This document shows positions 20,361-30,188 of a stretch of 64,000 nt of DNA, one piece after another; position 1 is the first letter of the stretch; every line of letters starts with the position of its first letter. The notes beneath the pieces are model-generated. The model saw only the letters and a list, made by a program, of their open reading frames with translations. It had not been told where the DNA came from and searched no databases. This DNA comes from an uncultured Gemmatimonadota bacterium (GTDB taxonomy: Bacteria > Gemmatimonadota > Gemmatimonadetes > Palauibacterales > Palauibacteraceae), in NCBI GenBank assembly GCA_964510615.1, contig CAZEBA010000010.1, positions 15,754 to 79,753 on the forward strand, given 5' to 3'. The position numbers and the translations under genes were made by a program.

Positions 20361-20381
20361 GCGATCGTCCCCTTCTACCGT

Positions 20382-21794
20382 CTACTGCCGTTGCACGCCG
20401 GGCAGGGCGGATCGTGACCGGACCCTCTCCAGCAACTGGCGCTGCTGGATCAGGGAGAGGGGCACCTGGAGCACCTCGTCCCCTTCCTCCAGGCCGGCCA
20501 GGACCTCGGTGTACTCCCAGCTGCTCAGTCCGATCATCACCGGCCTGAGGGTGAGGGCGCCCGCCCGATCTTCCTGGAACACGAACGCGGGCTTCGGCCG
20601 CGCCGGGTTGGCGCGATCGGCCTGTTCCTGCTGCTCTCGCGCGGCGTGCATCGCCTGGAAGAGCCGCTGTCGCTCCGCCGGGTCGAGGCCCTGGAAGTAG
20701 GCCCGCCGCTCGTCCTCGGACATCGAACGGATCTGCTCCAGCGCCACGTCGTCGCTCCCGACCTCCGCTCCTTCCGGCCCGGCGGCTCCCTCCTCCCGGG
20801 CGACCTCCACCCGCGCCTCGAGCAGGGAAGGATCGAGGCCCAGAGCCTCGACGAGCTGCCGGGCCTCGTCCGGCGTCTTGACCGCTCCGTTGTCGAGCGT
20901 CAGCGCCGCGTCCCGTCTTCCGATCACGATCTGCACGTCGGCGTTCATTCCGGGCCGGAGCAGGTCGCCCTCGTTCACGATCCGCGTCAGGACCGCGAAC
21001 ATCGTCACGCTCTGCTCGACGACCGCTTGCGGCTCCACCTTGAGCACGCTTCCGCGAAACGTCCGGTCCGGGTAAGCCTCGACCGTGATCTCCGCCGGCA
21101 GGCCCGTCTCGATGCTTCCGATGTCGGTCTCATCGACCATGGTGCGCACCTGCACCTCGCTCAGGTCCGCCATCCGCATCAGCAGCGTGCCGCCGGTGAC
21201 CTCCCGGGTGGAGGTGACGATCTGCCCCTCCTCGATCTCGCGCTCCACCACCGTGCCCGAGATCGGGGACCGCACGACGACGTCGTTCAGCCGATCCGTG
21301 GCCAGCTCGAGGCTCGCTTCCGCCCGCACCAAGGCGGCGCGGGCGTTCGCATGCTCCAGCATCTCGTTCTCGAGCTCTTCCGAGGTCACGACCGATGAGT
21401 CGTACAGCGTCTGGGTCCTCGCCAGCCGACGCTCGGCCACCTGAAAGCGGGCCCTCGCCACCTCGAGATCCGCCTCGGCCTGCTCGAAGTCGTTTCGGAC
21501 ATCCCGGGGGTCGATACGCACGAGCACCACTCCGCGCTCGACGTAGTCCCCGAGCTCGGCGTTGATCTCGAGGATTTCACCGGACGCCTGCGATTTGACG
21601 TCGACGACCCGTATCGGCTCGATCGTTCCGGTCGCCACCACGCTGGAGACCAGACTCCGCACCTCGACCACCGCCGTCTCGAAGTTCGGCACCGACTCGC
21701 TCGCGGGGCTACGGCCGCACGACGCGGCCACCACGGAGAGGACGGCCGTGGCGGAGGGTGCAATCTGCCTCAGGACCCGCGTGCTGTTCGGCAT
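20382..21794 (-). CDS. Efflux periplasmic adaptor subunit (MacA/HlyD family lipoprotein)
   Basis: Lipobox LSVVAASC; biotinyl-lipoyl and beta-barrel MFP segments (VATGTIEPIRVVDVKSQASGEILEI...; VVRSPISGTVVEREIEEGQIV). Confidence 0.8.
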   Translation of the reverse strand: MPNSTRVLRQIAPSATAVLSVVAASCGRSPASESVPNFETAVVEVRSLVSSVVATGTIEPIRVVDVKSQASGEILEINAELGDYVERGVVLVRIDPRDVRNDFEQAEADLEVARARFQVAERRLARTQTLYDSSVVTSEELENEMLEHANARAALVRAEASLELATDRLNDVVVRSPISGTVVEREIEEGQIVTSTREVTGGTLLMRMADLSEVQVRTMVDETDIGSIETGLPAEITVEAYPDRTFRGSVLKVEPQAVVEQSVTMFAVLTRIVNEGDLLRPGMNADVQIVIGRRDAALTLDNGAVKTPDEARQLVEALGLDPSLLEARVEVAREEGAAGPEGAEVGSDDVALEQIRSMSEDERRAYFQGLDPAERQRLFQAMHAAREQQEQADRANPARPKPAFVFQEDRAGALTLRPVMIGLSSWEYTEVLAGLEEGDEVLQVPLSLIQQRQLLERVRSRSALPGVQRQ

Positions 21795-21922
21795 GGGTCT
21801 GATGGTACCATTCCCGTTAACGGAGGTTCAACCCCGACGCGTGGGTACGACGAGCCGTGTCTTGGACAAGCCGGCCCGGGAGTTCATTCCCTCCGGGGAC
21901 AGCGAGAGGTCGGCTACGGTCG

Positions 21923-21955
21923 CGCTGAACGGTTGCTGAACGGCTGCTGAACGGC
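21923..21955. repeat. Three tandem copies of an 11-bp direct repeat (GCTGAACGGYT)
   Basis: Seen at 21923-21955, at the 3' end of the tolC-like gene, just upstream of the macA-like start on the minus strand. Confidence 0.55.
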
Positions 21956-23293
21956 TTAGGGTGCCGAGGACTCCAGCTCCGCCAGCGTGCCTCCAAGCAG
22001 GGACTCCAGCGACGCCAGGCCGATCTGGTACTCGACCCGCCGGCGGATGAGGTCCACCTCGGCCTGCGAGACCGCGATCTGGGCCGACTGGAGGTCCAGG
22101 ATGGTGGCGAGCCCCAGCCGGTAGCGCTCCGAGCTCACCCGCAGATCCTCGCGGCTCAGCTCCACGCTCTGCTCCGCCAGCGCGGTGGAGGCCGTGGCGA
22201 CCTGGATGGTGTTGTAGGCCGCGTCGAGATCGACCACCAGCTGAAGCTCGGCGGCCCGCTGCTCCGAGGCCGCCGCGTCGGCTGCCGCCTGGGCACGGTA
22301 GACGGTGCTTTCGCGCTGGAAGCCGTTGAAGAGCGGGTAGGATCCGGTGATCGCCAGGCTCCAGCTCCGGCTCTGCGGAGGAAACTCGGCGTTCGCCCAC
22401 GCCCAGCCGCCCGCGAAGCTCAGGGTCGGGAGGTAGGCCGATTTGGCCGTCGACACCCGGGACGCGGCTGCCTCCGCGGCCGCCTCCGCGCTCACGACCG
22501 CCGGGGCGCTGCGGAGCCCGATCCGGTACACCTCGTCCCGACCGAGCTGCAGCGGCGCACCCTCCAGCGTCGCCTCGGGCGCCGGTTCTACTCGTCCTTG
22601 CAGGCCGAGCGTCCGGCCGAGATTGAAGGTGGCGGCGCGCAGGTCGTTCTCGGCGTTCAGAAGCGCGATCTTGGCGTTGTTCAGGTCGACCTGCGACCGG
22701 AGCACGTCGGAGCGGGTCGATCGCCCCAGCTCGAGCTGCTGGGTCACGAATTCGAGCTGGAGCTCCTGGCGCCTCACTCGATCCTGCTCCACCGAGACGA
22801 GGTCGCGAAAGGCCAGGGCGTCGTAGAACGCCTGCTTGACGGCGAGGACGAGCTGGAATTCATCCTGCCGGTACTGGGCCTGTCGGGAGGCGAGGTCGAG
22901 CTGGGCGCTGTTGAGCTCCGTGAACTTCCGAAATCCCTGAAACAGGTCGTACCGTCCGGTGAGTTGGAAGAAATAGCTCGTCGTGGTGATCGCCTGGCCG
23001 GTCTGGTCGAGCCGGCCCGTGCTCGAGTTCGAGTAGCCGAAGCCCGCGTCGAAGCGGGGGAGGAAGTTGCCCCAGGCGTCGAGCCGATTGTACTCGGCGA
23101 CGTCGACGCCAGTCTCCGAGATTCGCAGCTCGGGGTTGAGAGCTCGCGCGATCCGTATCGCGTCGTCGAGGGTCACCTGGCGAACGGAATCCGCACCGGC
23201 CGGAGTCAACCCGGCCTCCTGGCCGCGGGCGGTGGCCGTCCATACCAGGGACACGAGGCAGAGGACGACGGCTGGTAGCCACTCGCGTTTCAT
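21956..23293 (-). CDS. TolC-family outer membrane efflux protein
   Basis: Start ATG (cat at 23291-23293): MKREWLPAVVLCLVSLVWTATARGQ signal peptide; two TolC repeats (LTLDDAIRIARALNPELR...; coiled-coil QAQYRQDEF...). The longer ORF to 23467 is rejected. Confidence 0.8.
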   Translation of the reverse strand: MKREWLPAVVLCLVSLVWTATARGQEAGLTPAGADSVRQVTLDDAIRIARALNPELRISETGVDVAEYNRLDAWGNFLPRFDAGFGYSNSSTGRLDQTGQAITTTSYFFQLTGRYDLFQGFRKFTELNSAQLDLASRQAQYRQDEFQLVLAVKQAFYDALAFRDLVSVEQDRVRRQELQLEFVTQQLELGRSTRSDVLRSQVDLNNAKIALLNAENDLRAATFNLGRTLGLQGRVEPAPEATLEGAPLQLGRDEVYRIGLRSAPAVVSAEAAAEAAASRVSTAKSAYLPTLSFAGGWAWANAEFPPQSRSWSLAITGSYPLFNGFQRESTVYRAQAAADAAASEQRAAELQLVVDLDAAYNTIQVATASTALAEQSVELSREDLRVSSERYRLGLATILDLQSAQIAVSQAEVDLIRRRVEYQIGLASLESLLGGTLAELESSAP

Positions 23294-23304
23294 CGTTTCT
23301 CCCT

Positions 23305-23344
23305 TGCTCTTTCGCGATGTCCGGTGCTCTTTCGCGATGTCCGG
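23305..23344. repeat. Perfect tandem duplication of the 20-mer TGCTCTTTCGCGATGTCCGG
   Basis: Seen at 23305-23344 in the divergent intergenic region between the tolC-like start and the ECF sigma start. Confidence 0.6.
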
Positions 23345-23465
23345 CCCATCGGGCGCTGGACGACACCGTATTGCGACGGCAACCTTGGTTAACGTTTCCG
23401 CGCGCCGCGCCGTCCATACGATCGACGGAAAGGGCGGTTTCGGCCGCCCGGGCGCCGTCCAGGTC

Positions 23466-24071
23466 ATGAACTGGCTGCGACAGATGCTAGACGAGCGGCA
23501 AGCGGTCGAGCAAGCACGCCGCGGTCACGAAGTGGCCTGGCGGTATCTTTACGAGGGCCATGCGGATTTTGTTTTCCGGTTGGCGGTGCGGACTACTGGC
23601 GAGCGGGCGGCGGCGCTCGACATCGTGCAGGAGACGTTCGCCAAGGCCGCGGCCGGCATCGATCGGTTCCGCGGCGAGTCCACATTCCGCAGCTGGCTCG
23701 CGCGCATCGCCATCAACGAGACGACCAACTGGATACGCCGCCGGGCACGGCGCCGGGAGTCGACGCTCGAAGCCGCAGGTCAGCTCGCCGGCGATCATCG
23801 GCCGGACGAGGAAGCCGCGCGCCTCGACCTCGCACGGCGTGCGCTCGCGTTCGCGCGCACGCTTCCGCCGCAACAGCGGGACGTGCTGATCCTTCGAGCG
23901 ACCGAAGGGTTTACGTACGGAGAGATCGCCAGGGCGCTGCGCACGAGCGAGGGCTCTGTCCGGGTGAGTTACCATCACGCGATCAGGAAGCTGCGGGAGC
24001 ACTTCGGGGTGGGCGCAACGGCGTCGAGCGGCGTCTCGGAACGTGCCGGGGGGACGAATGAGCCTGGATGA
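23466..24071 (+). CDS. ECF (sigma-70 family group 4) RNA polymerase sigma factor
   Basis: ATG at 23466. Region 2 (FRLAVRTTGERAAALDIVQETFAKA) and region 4 (QQRDVLILRATEGFTYGEIARALRTSEGSVRVSYHHAIRKLRE). Confidence 0.85.
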   Translation: MNWLRQMLDERQAVEQARRGHEVAWRYLYEGHADFVFRLAVRTTGERAAALDIVQETFAKAAAGIDRFRGESTFRSWLARIAINETTNWIRRRARRRESTLEAAGQLAGDHRPDEEAARLDLARRALAFARTLPPQQRDVLILRATEGFTYGEIARALRTSEGSVRVSYHHAIRKLREHFGVGATASSGVSERAGGTNEPG

Positions 24072-24576
24072 TCGAAGCGGCGGCGGGCTGCATCCGACGG
24101 ACCGGCTGCCCGATTACATCGGCGGCGGGCTTTCCGAGCAGGAGCGGGTGGCTGTGGAGGGCCACGTCGCGACCTGTCCGTCTTGCCGCGCGGAGCTGGA
24201 GTTGCTCGACGCGCTTCGGGGCGGCCCTGCGCCACGCCTGGAGCCCGGAGAGGCGGAGCGCCTCTATACGCCGCTCCCGCGCCGTCGTGGCGCCTGGAAG
24301 GTCGGTGTGTGGCGCGCCGCGGCCGGGGTGGTGATCGTGCTCACGAGCTACGGCATCTGGCTGACGACACGGGCCGGTAGCGGGAGCGAAGAGACCTGGT
24401 CCGCGGACGATGCGCTGGCCGGCTGGGACTCGGATCTGATGGAGCTTCAGCCCGGTGTCCTGGATCTTCGAGTCGCGCTGGGGGGCAACGGCGATCCCGT
24501 CTGGCCCGAGCTCGCGAGCGACGATCTGGTCGAGGTCGACGCTCCGGCCGACCTATGGGAGGATCAGGAGCGATGA
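24058..24576 (+). CDS. Zinc-binding (ZAS-type) anti-sigma factor, single-pass membrane protein
   Basis: Overlaps the sigma stop; H-x3-C-x2-C motif VEGHVATCPSCRAE; TM GVWRAAAGVVIVLTSYGIWL. Confidence 0.7.
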   Translation: MSLDDRSGGGLHPTDRLPDYIGGGLSEQERVAVEGHVATCPSCRAELELLDALRGGPAPRLEPGEAERLYTPLPRRRGAWKVGVWRAAAGVVIVLTSYGIWLTTRAGSGSEETWSADDALAGWDSDLMELQPGVLDLRVALGGNGDPVWPELASDDLVEVDAPADLWEDQER

Positions 24577-25166
24577 CGATCGATGGCGCGAGACGGTGCC
24601 GGATGGTGTCGGCGGCCGTCATGGTGTCGGCAGCCGTCACGGTATCGGCATTCGTCGGGAGGGCGACACCTGCCTCCGCCCAGGACCTGGGAGCCGGCGA
24701 GCGAGCGGTCGAGCTTACCGACCGCTTCTCGCAGCGGGTGGCGCAGGCCCTCCGGCTCGACGCCGACCGGACGCGCAGACTGCGTGAGGAGCTCCAGACG
24801 AGCCGCGAGCTGCGGCAGGAGCTCGCCGCTCGTCGTCGCTCTCTCATGGTCGAGCTGAACGAATTGGCGCATCGGGAGCGCGTCGACCAAGCACGCGTGG
24901 CGCAGCTTCTGGACGAGCTCCTCGGCATGCAGGTGCGAGAGGCCGAGATCAACGTGGACGAGCAGCGGAGGCTCTCCGAGTTCATGGCCCCGCTTGAAAG
25001 AGCGCGATTCCTCTGGCTCAGGCAGCGCTTCCTGCAGCAGGCACGGCAGCGCGGCGGACAGCCGCCGGGGAGCGATTTCGATCGGGGCAACCAGATGCCG
25101 CAGGACCGACGCCCGCCGCCGGCCGAGCAGCGGAGCGTTCCCGACCGGCCGCCTAACCGACCGTAG
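24573..25166 (+). CDS. Periplasmic protein, possibly Spy/CpxP-like (LTxxQ-type helical repeats)
   Basis: ATGA overlap with the anti-sigma stop. Signal peptide with repeated MVSAAV hexapeptide; Arg/Glu/Leu-rich helical body (LTDRFSQRVAQALRLDADRTRRLREELQ...). Confidence 0.45.
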   Translation: MTIDGARRCRMVSAAVMVSAAVTVSAFVGRATPASAQDLGAGERAVELTDRFSQRVAQALRLDADRTRRLREELQTSRELRQELAARRRSLMVELNELAHRERVDQARVAQLLDELLGMQVREAEINVDEQRRLSEFMAPLERARFLWLRQRFLQQARQRGGQPPGSDFDRGNQMPQDRRPPPAEQRSVPDRPPNRP

Positions 25167-25192
25167 GGCGTCAGCCGCTCGCCGAGCGCGCC

Positions 25193-26047
25193 GTGCTTCC
25201 GCCGCTCGGGGCGCACGTTTCCACGGCTGGAGGGGTGCAGCTGGCGCCAGCCCGAGCCGCCGAGCTCGGAGCCGACGCCCTCCAGCTGTTCACGAAACCG
25301 CCGCGCCGCTGGGCGGAGGGCGAGATCACCGACGAGGCGGCAGTCGCGTTCCGCCGGGCCCGAGAGTCGGCCGGGATCCGAATCGCGGCCGCTCACGACA
25401 GCTACCTGATCAACCTCGCGACCCGCGACCGACGACTTCTGACCAGGTCGGCTCGGGCCTTCCGGTCCGAGCTCGAGCGCTGCGAGCGGCTGGGCCTGGA
25501 GTTCCTGGTCACGCACCCCGGACACGCGACTGGAGGCGACCGTGAGCGCGCCCTGCGGCGAAACGCGGAGCAGCTCGGGATGGCCCTGGAGGCGGTGCCG
25601 GGGCGCACCCGCGTCCTGATCGAGACGACGGCAGGCGGCGGCTCGGCTCTCGGAGGGTCGTTCGAGGAGATCGCGGCGCTGATCGAGGGGCAGTCGGCGG
25701 CGAGCCGCGCCCGTCTCGCCGTCTGTCTGGACACGGCGCACGTGTTCGCGGCCGGCCATGATCTACGGGACGAGTACGACGCGGTGATGCGTGCGTTCGA
25801 CGAGGTGATTGGCCTCGACCTCCTGGCAATGATCCACTGCAACGATTCGGCCGCACCCCTGGGGAGCCATCGTGACCGGCACGCCGGGATCGGCATGGGG
25901 GAATTGGGCGAGGGGGCGTTCGCAACGTTGATGCGGGACCGCCGGCTTCGAGCGGTCCCCCGCGTGCTGGAGACGCCGAAGGGCGACGATGCGGCGGCGG
26001 CCGATCGAAGGAACCTCGCCACGTTACGCCGTCTGGCCCTCCACTGA
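25193..26047 (+). CDS. nfo: Endonuclease IV (deoxyribonuclease IV)
   Basis: LGAHVSTAGG...; TIM-barrel AP-endonuclease family-2 signatures (…VTHPG…, …LDTAHVFAAGHD…, …IHCNDS…). Confidence 0.85.
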   Translation: MLPPLGAHVSTAGGVQLAPARAAELGADALQLFTKPPRRWAEGEITDEAAVAFRRARESAGIRIAAAHDSYLINLATRDRRLLTRSARAFRSELERCERLGLEFLVTHPGHATGGDRERALRRNAEQLGMALEAVPGRTRVLIETTAGGGSALGGSFEEIAALIEGQSAASRARLAVCLDTAHVFAAGHDLRDEYDAVMRAFDEVIGLDLLAMIHCNDSAAPLGSHRDRHAGIGMGELGEGAFATLMRDRRLRAVPRVLETPKGDDAAAADRRNLATLRRLALH

Positions 26048-26118
26048 GAGCTTGTTCTCTCGCGATGTCAACCTCATTATCCTCCCAACGGTTCATCGAG
26101 GCGAACAGGAGAGGTCAG

Positions 26119-26670
26119 ATGTCGGACGACGCGCAGCTTTCCGCGCCCCGCGAGGCTGTCTTGCCGGAGGGCGGGATGCGGATCGCGGCCGAGACCCTGG
26201 TGCTCGAGCGGCTCAGGGCCCTCCGGCGGGCGTTGGGTCGGAACGTCGGCCCGCGGGACGTCGTCGTCCGTCGGACGAATCCGGCGGCCCGCAAGCACCT
26301 GTTCGAGGAGGCGTGCGAGCTGTACTGGAACGAGTTGAGCTGGGAGGAGACGACCGACGAGGAGATGATCGGCGATCGTGAGCTCACCGAGATGGTCTTC
26401 CCCGGCCTGCTCGCCTTCATGAACGCGCTTCTGCCCAGCGGAGAGGGCGGCGAGCCGGACCGCAAACGGGAGCATCGCGACGTGGCGCACGACTTCCTGC
26501 TCTGGCTGGCCGCCCGCCTCGTCGAGCTGCGCAACGCGAGGGCGTCGGAGAACGGTCACCACTCGCGCATTCGCCGAGAGGTCCAGGTCACCGATGAGTT
26601 GATCGACCTGGTCGCCTACCGCCTCTACTCGCTGACCTCCGAAGAGATCGAGGATCTGCAGATCCGCTGA
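26119..26670 (+). CDS. Hypothetical protein
   Basis: ATG at 26119 after GGAGAGG; 183 aa; no recognisable motif. Confidence 0.4.
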   Translation: MSDDAQLSAPREAVLPEGGMRIAAETLVLERLRALRRALGRNVGPRDVVVRRTNPAARKHLFEEACELYWNELSWEETTDEEMIGDRELTEMVFPGLLAFMNALLPSGEGGEPDRKREHRDVAHDFLLWLAARLVELRNARASENGHHSRIRREVQVTDELIDLVAYRLYSLTSEEIEDLQIR

Positions 26671-26716
26671 TCCGTCGGGCACCGGTCCGGACACCACCAG
26701 AAAGAGCGCTCGAAAC

Positions 26717-27463
26717 GTGAAGTCGATCGTCTGCATCAAACGCGTCCCGGACTCGGAGACCCGGATTCGTATCGCCAGTGACCGAGGCAGCATCGATCCG
26801 GCCGGGGTCAAGTACGTCATGAACCCCTACGACGAGTTCGCCCTGGAGGAGGCACTGCGGCTCAAGGAGTCGGCGGGTGATGGGCGCGTGACCGTCCTCT
26901 CCGTGGGGCCCGAGGAGACGAAGGAGATCCTGAGGACGGCGCTCGCCATGGGAGCGGACGAGGCCGTGCTGCTCAAGTCGGCGGACACCGGCGACGGACT
27001 CTCGGTAGCCAGGGCCCTGGCAGCAGAGATCGCGGGCCGCGAGTACGACATCGTCATCTGTGGCAAGCAGGCGATCGACGTCGACGACATGCAGGTTCCC
27101 GCCATGCTGGCCGAGCTGCTCGGCGTGCCATGCGCCACCGTCGTCGTTCGGCTGGAGATCGATGAACGGCGGGCCGCGGCGCACCGCGAGGTAGAGGGCG
27201 GGCACGAGATCGTGGAGTTCGACCTGCCGGCCGTGGTGGCGGCGCAAAAGGGGCTGAACGAGCCGCGGTACCCCAGCCTGAAGGGCATCATGGCGGCGAA
27301 GAAGAAGCCGCTGGAGGAAAAGGAGATTCGGCTCGGCGAGGCGAAGGTTCGGATCGTGGCGCTGAGCGAGCCGCAGCAGAGGGCCGGCGGCGAAATCGTC
27401 GGGGAGGGGCCGGAGGCCGTGCCGGACCTCGTCCGTCGGCTGCGAGAGCGAGCCCTGCTCTGA
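26717..27463 (+). CDS. etfB: Electron transfer flavoprotein subunit beta
   Basis: MKSIVCIKRVPDSETRIRI...; typical EtfB sequence, GTG start. Confidence 0.85.
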   Translation: MKSIVCIKRVPDSETRIRIASDRGSIDPAGVKYVMNPYDEFALEEALRLKESAGDGRVTVLSVGPEETKEILRTALAMGADEAVLLKSADTGDGLSVARALAAEIAGREYDIVICGKQAIDVDDMQVPAMLAELLGVPCATVVVRLEIDERRAAAHREVEGGHEIVEFDLPAVVAAQKGLNEPRYPSLKGIMAAKKKPLEEKEIRLGEAKVRIVALSEPQQRAGGEIVGEGPEAVPDLVRRLRERALL

Positions 27464-27508
27464 ACGGACCGGCTCGACCCGACTCGGGCCGTGCCGAGGT
27501 GAGATAAG

Positions 27509-28492
27509 ATGCGAAACGTACTCGTCTTTGCAGAGACCCGGGACGGTGAGCTTCGTCCCGTGGCCCGCGAGGCCGTGACGGCGGGCCGGGAGCTCGCCGA
27601 TGCCCTTGGCGGCACGGTGGACGCCTTCCTGCTCGGTCCCCCCGGAACCGGCGAGAAGGCCGCGGACCTGGGCACGGTCGGTGCGGACCGCGTATTCGTG
27701 GCGGAGGACCCGGGTTTCGCGCTCTATGCCCCCGAGGCGACCGTTCGCATGTGCGAGGACCTGGCCGGCCGCGAGGAGTACGCGGCCATCGTCTTCCCCG
27801 CCTCCGCCCAGGGCAAGGACCTGGCGCCCCGGGTAGCCGCCCGGCTGGACCGCGGCCTGGCGACCGAGGTGATCTCGGTCGCCGTCGAGGGAGATCGTCC
27901 GGTCGCGACCCGGCCGATGTACGCCGGCAAGGCGATCGCCACCGTGACGTTCTCGGAGCTGCCGGCGCTGATCAGCGTACGCCCCAACGTCTTCCGGCCC
28001 GCGGAGCGGCACGCGGCGGGCACGGTCGAGCCTGTCGAGATCGCCGCCGAGCACGCGAGGCAGCGGGTGGTTCGAATGGAGACCGGCGACCGGACGGCCC
28101 TCGACGTTTCGGAGGCGAGCATCGTCGTGTCGGGTGGGCGCGGGATGAAGGATCCGGCGAACTGGGCGATCCTCCAGGAGCTGGTGGACGCGCTCGGGGA
28201 ACAGGCGACGCTCGGTGCGAGCCGGGCGGTCGTCGACGCTGGCTGGCGGCCTCATGCGGAGCAGGTGGGGCAGACCGGGAAGGTGGTCTCGCCGGACCTC
28301 TACTTCGCGGTCGGGATCAGCGGTGCCATCCAGCATCTCGCCGGCATGCGCACCGCCAAGACGATCGTGGCGATCAACCGCGATGCCGAGGCGCCGATCT
28401 TCAACGTCGCGGACTTCGGGCTCGTCGGCGATCTGTTCGACGTCGTGCCGGCCCTGAGCGCGGAGATTCGCCGGGTTCGCGACGAAGCGTGA
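27509..28492 (+). CDS. etfA: Electron transfer flavoprotein subunit alpha
   Basis: [15 protein letters not shown]...; C-terminal FAD-binding region …[37 protein letters not shown]. Confidence 0.85.
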   Translation: MRNVLVFAETRDGELRPVAREAVTAGRELADALGGTVDAFLLGPPGTGEKAADLGTVGADRVFVAEDPGFALYAPEATVRMCEDLAGREEYAAIVFPASAQGKDLAPRVAARLDRGLATEVISVAVEGDRPVATRPMYAGKAIATVTFSELPALISVRPNVFRPAERHAAGTVEPVEIAAEHARQRVVRMETGDRTALDVSEASIVVSGGRGMKDPANWAILQELVDALGEQATLGASRAVVDAGWRPHAEQVGQTGKVVSPDLYFAVGISGAIQHLAGMRTAKTIVAINRDAEAPIFNVADFGLVGDLFDVVPALSAEIRRVRDEA

Positions 28493-28510
28493 CCGGCTGC
28501 CGGACATCTT

Positions 28511-29566
28511 ATGAGCCGGATGAGCCTGCGCGAGGTACTCGAGCCCCTGGCCCGCTGGAGTCGGGAGGGAAAGGCCGCAGGCCTGGCTACGCTGATCCGG
28601 GCCGAGCGCTCGGCTCCCCGGCGGCCGGGGGCCCGCTTCGCCGTGAGCGACGCCGGCGACCTGGCCGGTTCCGTCTCCTCCGGCTGCATCGAGGCTGATC
28701 TCCACGAGCATCTCCTGCAGATTCTGGCCGGAGGCGACGCCCGGCAGCTGAGCTACGGGATCACCGACGAGATGGCGGCCGAGGTCGGCCTGGCGTGCGG
28801 CGGCGAGATCGAGGTGTTCGCGGAGCGGTACGACCCGGACGACCCCGCTTGGACCGCGACGCGTCAGGCCGTGGAGGAAGGCCGGCCGGCGCTCCTGCTC
28901 ACGGGAGTTTCCGGCACCGTTCGCGGCCGGCGAATGCTGGCCCCCGAGGACGGGAAACCCATCGGTTCGCTCGGCTCTCCACGGATGGACGCGCGGCTGC
29001 TCGAGCGTCTGCGGCCGATCCTGGACACGGGCTCGAACGAGCTGGTGGAAGCGGGCCCGGAGCCGGAGGCCGGAGCGGTGTTTGCCGAGACCCTCCTTCC
29101 TCCGCCGCAGGTCGCGATCGTCGGGGCGACGCCGGTCGGCGCCGCGCTGTGCGAGCTGGCGGCTCTGCTCGGCTTCGAGGTCCACGTCGTCGACCCGCGC
29201 CCGGCTTTCCTGTCGCGGGAGCGGTTTCCGGCAGCCACCCGCCTGGTGGGCGAGTGGCCCGACGAAGGCCTCGCCGCGGTGGGCATCGATCGCCACTCTA
29301 GCGTCGTCGTGCTCGCCCACGACCGCAAGCTGGACGTTCCGGCTCTCTCCTCGGCGCTGCGCGCCGGCTGCCGCTACGTGGGCCAAATCGGGGGAGGGCG
29401 GACGCAGAGGCTGCGCCGCGAGGCGCTGGCCGAGCTGGGGCACGAGACCTCCGAGATCTCGGCCATCCGGGGCCCGGTCGGCCTCGACATCGGCTCCGAG
29501 ACGCCGGAAGAGATCGCCCTGTCGATTCTGGCCGAGATCGTCGCCGTCCGGCATGGGCGCGCATGA
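28511..29566 (+). CDS. xdhC: XdhC/CoxI-family molybdoenzyme maturation factor
   Basis: N-terminal XdhC_CoxI region (…[12 protein letters not shown]…) plus C-terminal Rossmann-like XdhC_C (…[28 protein letters not shown]…). Confidence 0.75.
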   Translation: MSRMSLREVLEPLARWSREGKAAGLATLIRAERSAPRRPGARFAVSDAGDLAGSVSSGCIEADLHEHLLQILAGGDARQLSYGITDEMAAEVGLACGGEIEVFAERYDPDDPAWTATRQAVEEGRPALLLTGVSGTVRGRRMLAPEDGKPIGSLGSPRMDARLLERLRPILDTGSNELVEAGPEPEAGAVFAETLLPPPQVAIVGATPVGAALCELAALLGFEVHVVDPRPAFLSRERFPAATRLVGEWPDEGLAAVGIDRHSSVVVLAHDRKLDVPALSSALRAGCRYVGQIGGGRTQRLRREALAELGHETSEISAIRGPVGLDIGSETPEEIALSILAEIVAVRHGRA

Positions 29567-30188
29567 GCGGAAGGCCGGCCCGTTCGCCGGCCTCGTGCTC
29601 GCGGCCGGAGGCTCCCTCAGGTACGGACGCGAATCCAAGCTCCTCTTGCCGTTCGGAGACCTGACCGTGGTCGGCGCCTCGGTCAGGGCCGCCGTTACGG
29701 CAGGTCTGGAGCCCGTCGTGGTCGTGGTCGGCGATGACGCCGAGGAGGTACGGGCGGCCGTGAGTCGGGCCGTGGGCGAGCGGGCGGCTCGAGTGGTGGA
29801 GAACCGGCGCTGGCCCGAGGGGATCGGCACATCTCTGGCCGTCGGGGCCACGGAGCTGGCCGCCGATCCCGTTCCCGCAGCGATCGCGATCCTGCTCGCG
29901 GACGAGCCGGACGTGTCGCCCTCGATCATCCGCGCCGTAACGCGGGCGTGGGCGGCCGCCCGGCTCCCGGTGGCCGCGGCCGTCTATCGCGACCGTCCCG
30001 GACACCCCGTCGTAGCGGACCGCTCGCTCCTGCCCCTGCTCGAGCGCGCCGCCGGGGATTTCGGTTTGCGCACCGTCCTGGCGACGGAGAAGATCGCCAT
30101 CCACGCGGTCGCGATCGACCGTCCGGCGCCCACGGACATCGATGAGCCGGACGACTACGAGCGCGCCCTTCGCCGGTTCGGCGAGTGA
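29553..30188 (+). CDS. MobA-like NTP transferase domain protein (molybdenum cofactor cytidylyltransferase MocA-like)
   Basis: ATG at 29553 overlapping the xdhC end; GLVLAAGGSLRYG... nucleotidyltransferase N-terminus. Confidence 0.65.
   Translation: MGAHERKAGPFAGLVLAAGGSLRYGRESKLLLPFGDLTVVGASVRAAVTAGLEPVVVVVGDDAEEVRAAVSRAVGERAARVVENRRWPEGIGTSLAVGATELAADPVPAAIAILLADEPDVSPSIIRAVTRAWAAARLPVAAAVYRDRPGHPVVADRSLLPLLERAAGDFGLRTVLATEKIAIHAVAIDRPAPTDIDEPDDYERALRRFGE

Noticed and set aside
26588-29929. 1113-aa minus-strand ORF, and similar long ORFs (17019-18299, 24341-25759, 32137-34188, 34888-36219, 56305-58200, 59199-61544, 5163-6785, 7837-9162, 12023-13105)
   Set aside because: All lie antisense to or out of frame with ORFs that carry clear family motifs (etfBA/xdhC, sbcC, sigma operon, PLP enzyme, ModBC, imuB, dnaE2, gyrA, M1 peptidase, MlaD/ssb). 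Their products are Arg/Ser/Pro/Gly-rich low-complexity sequences typical of GC-skew shadow ORFs.
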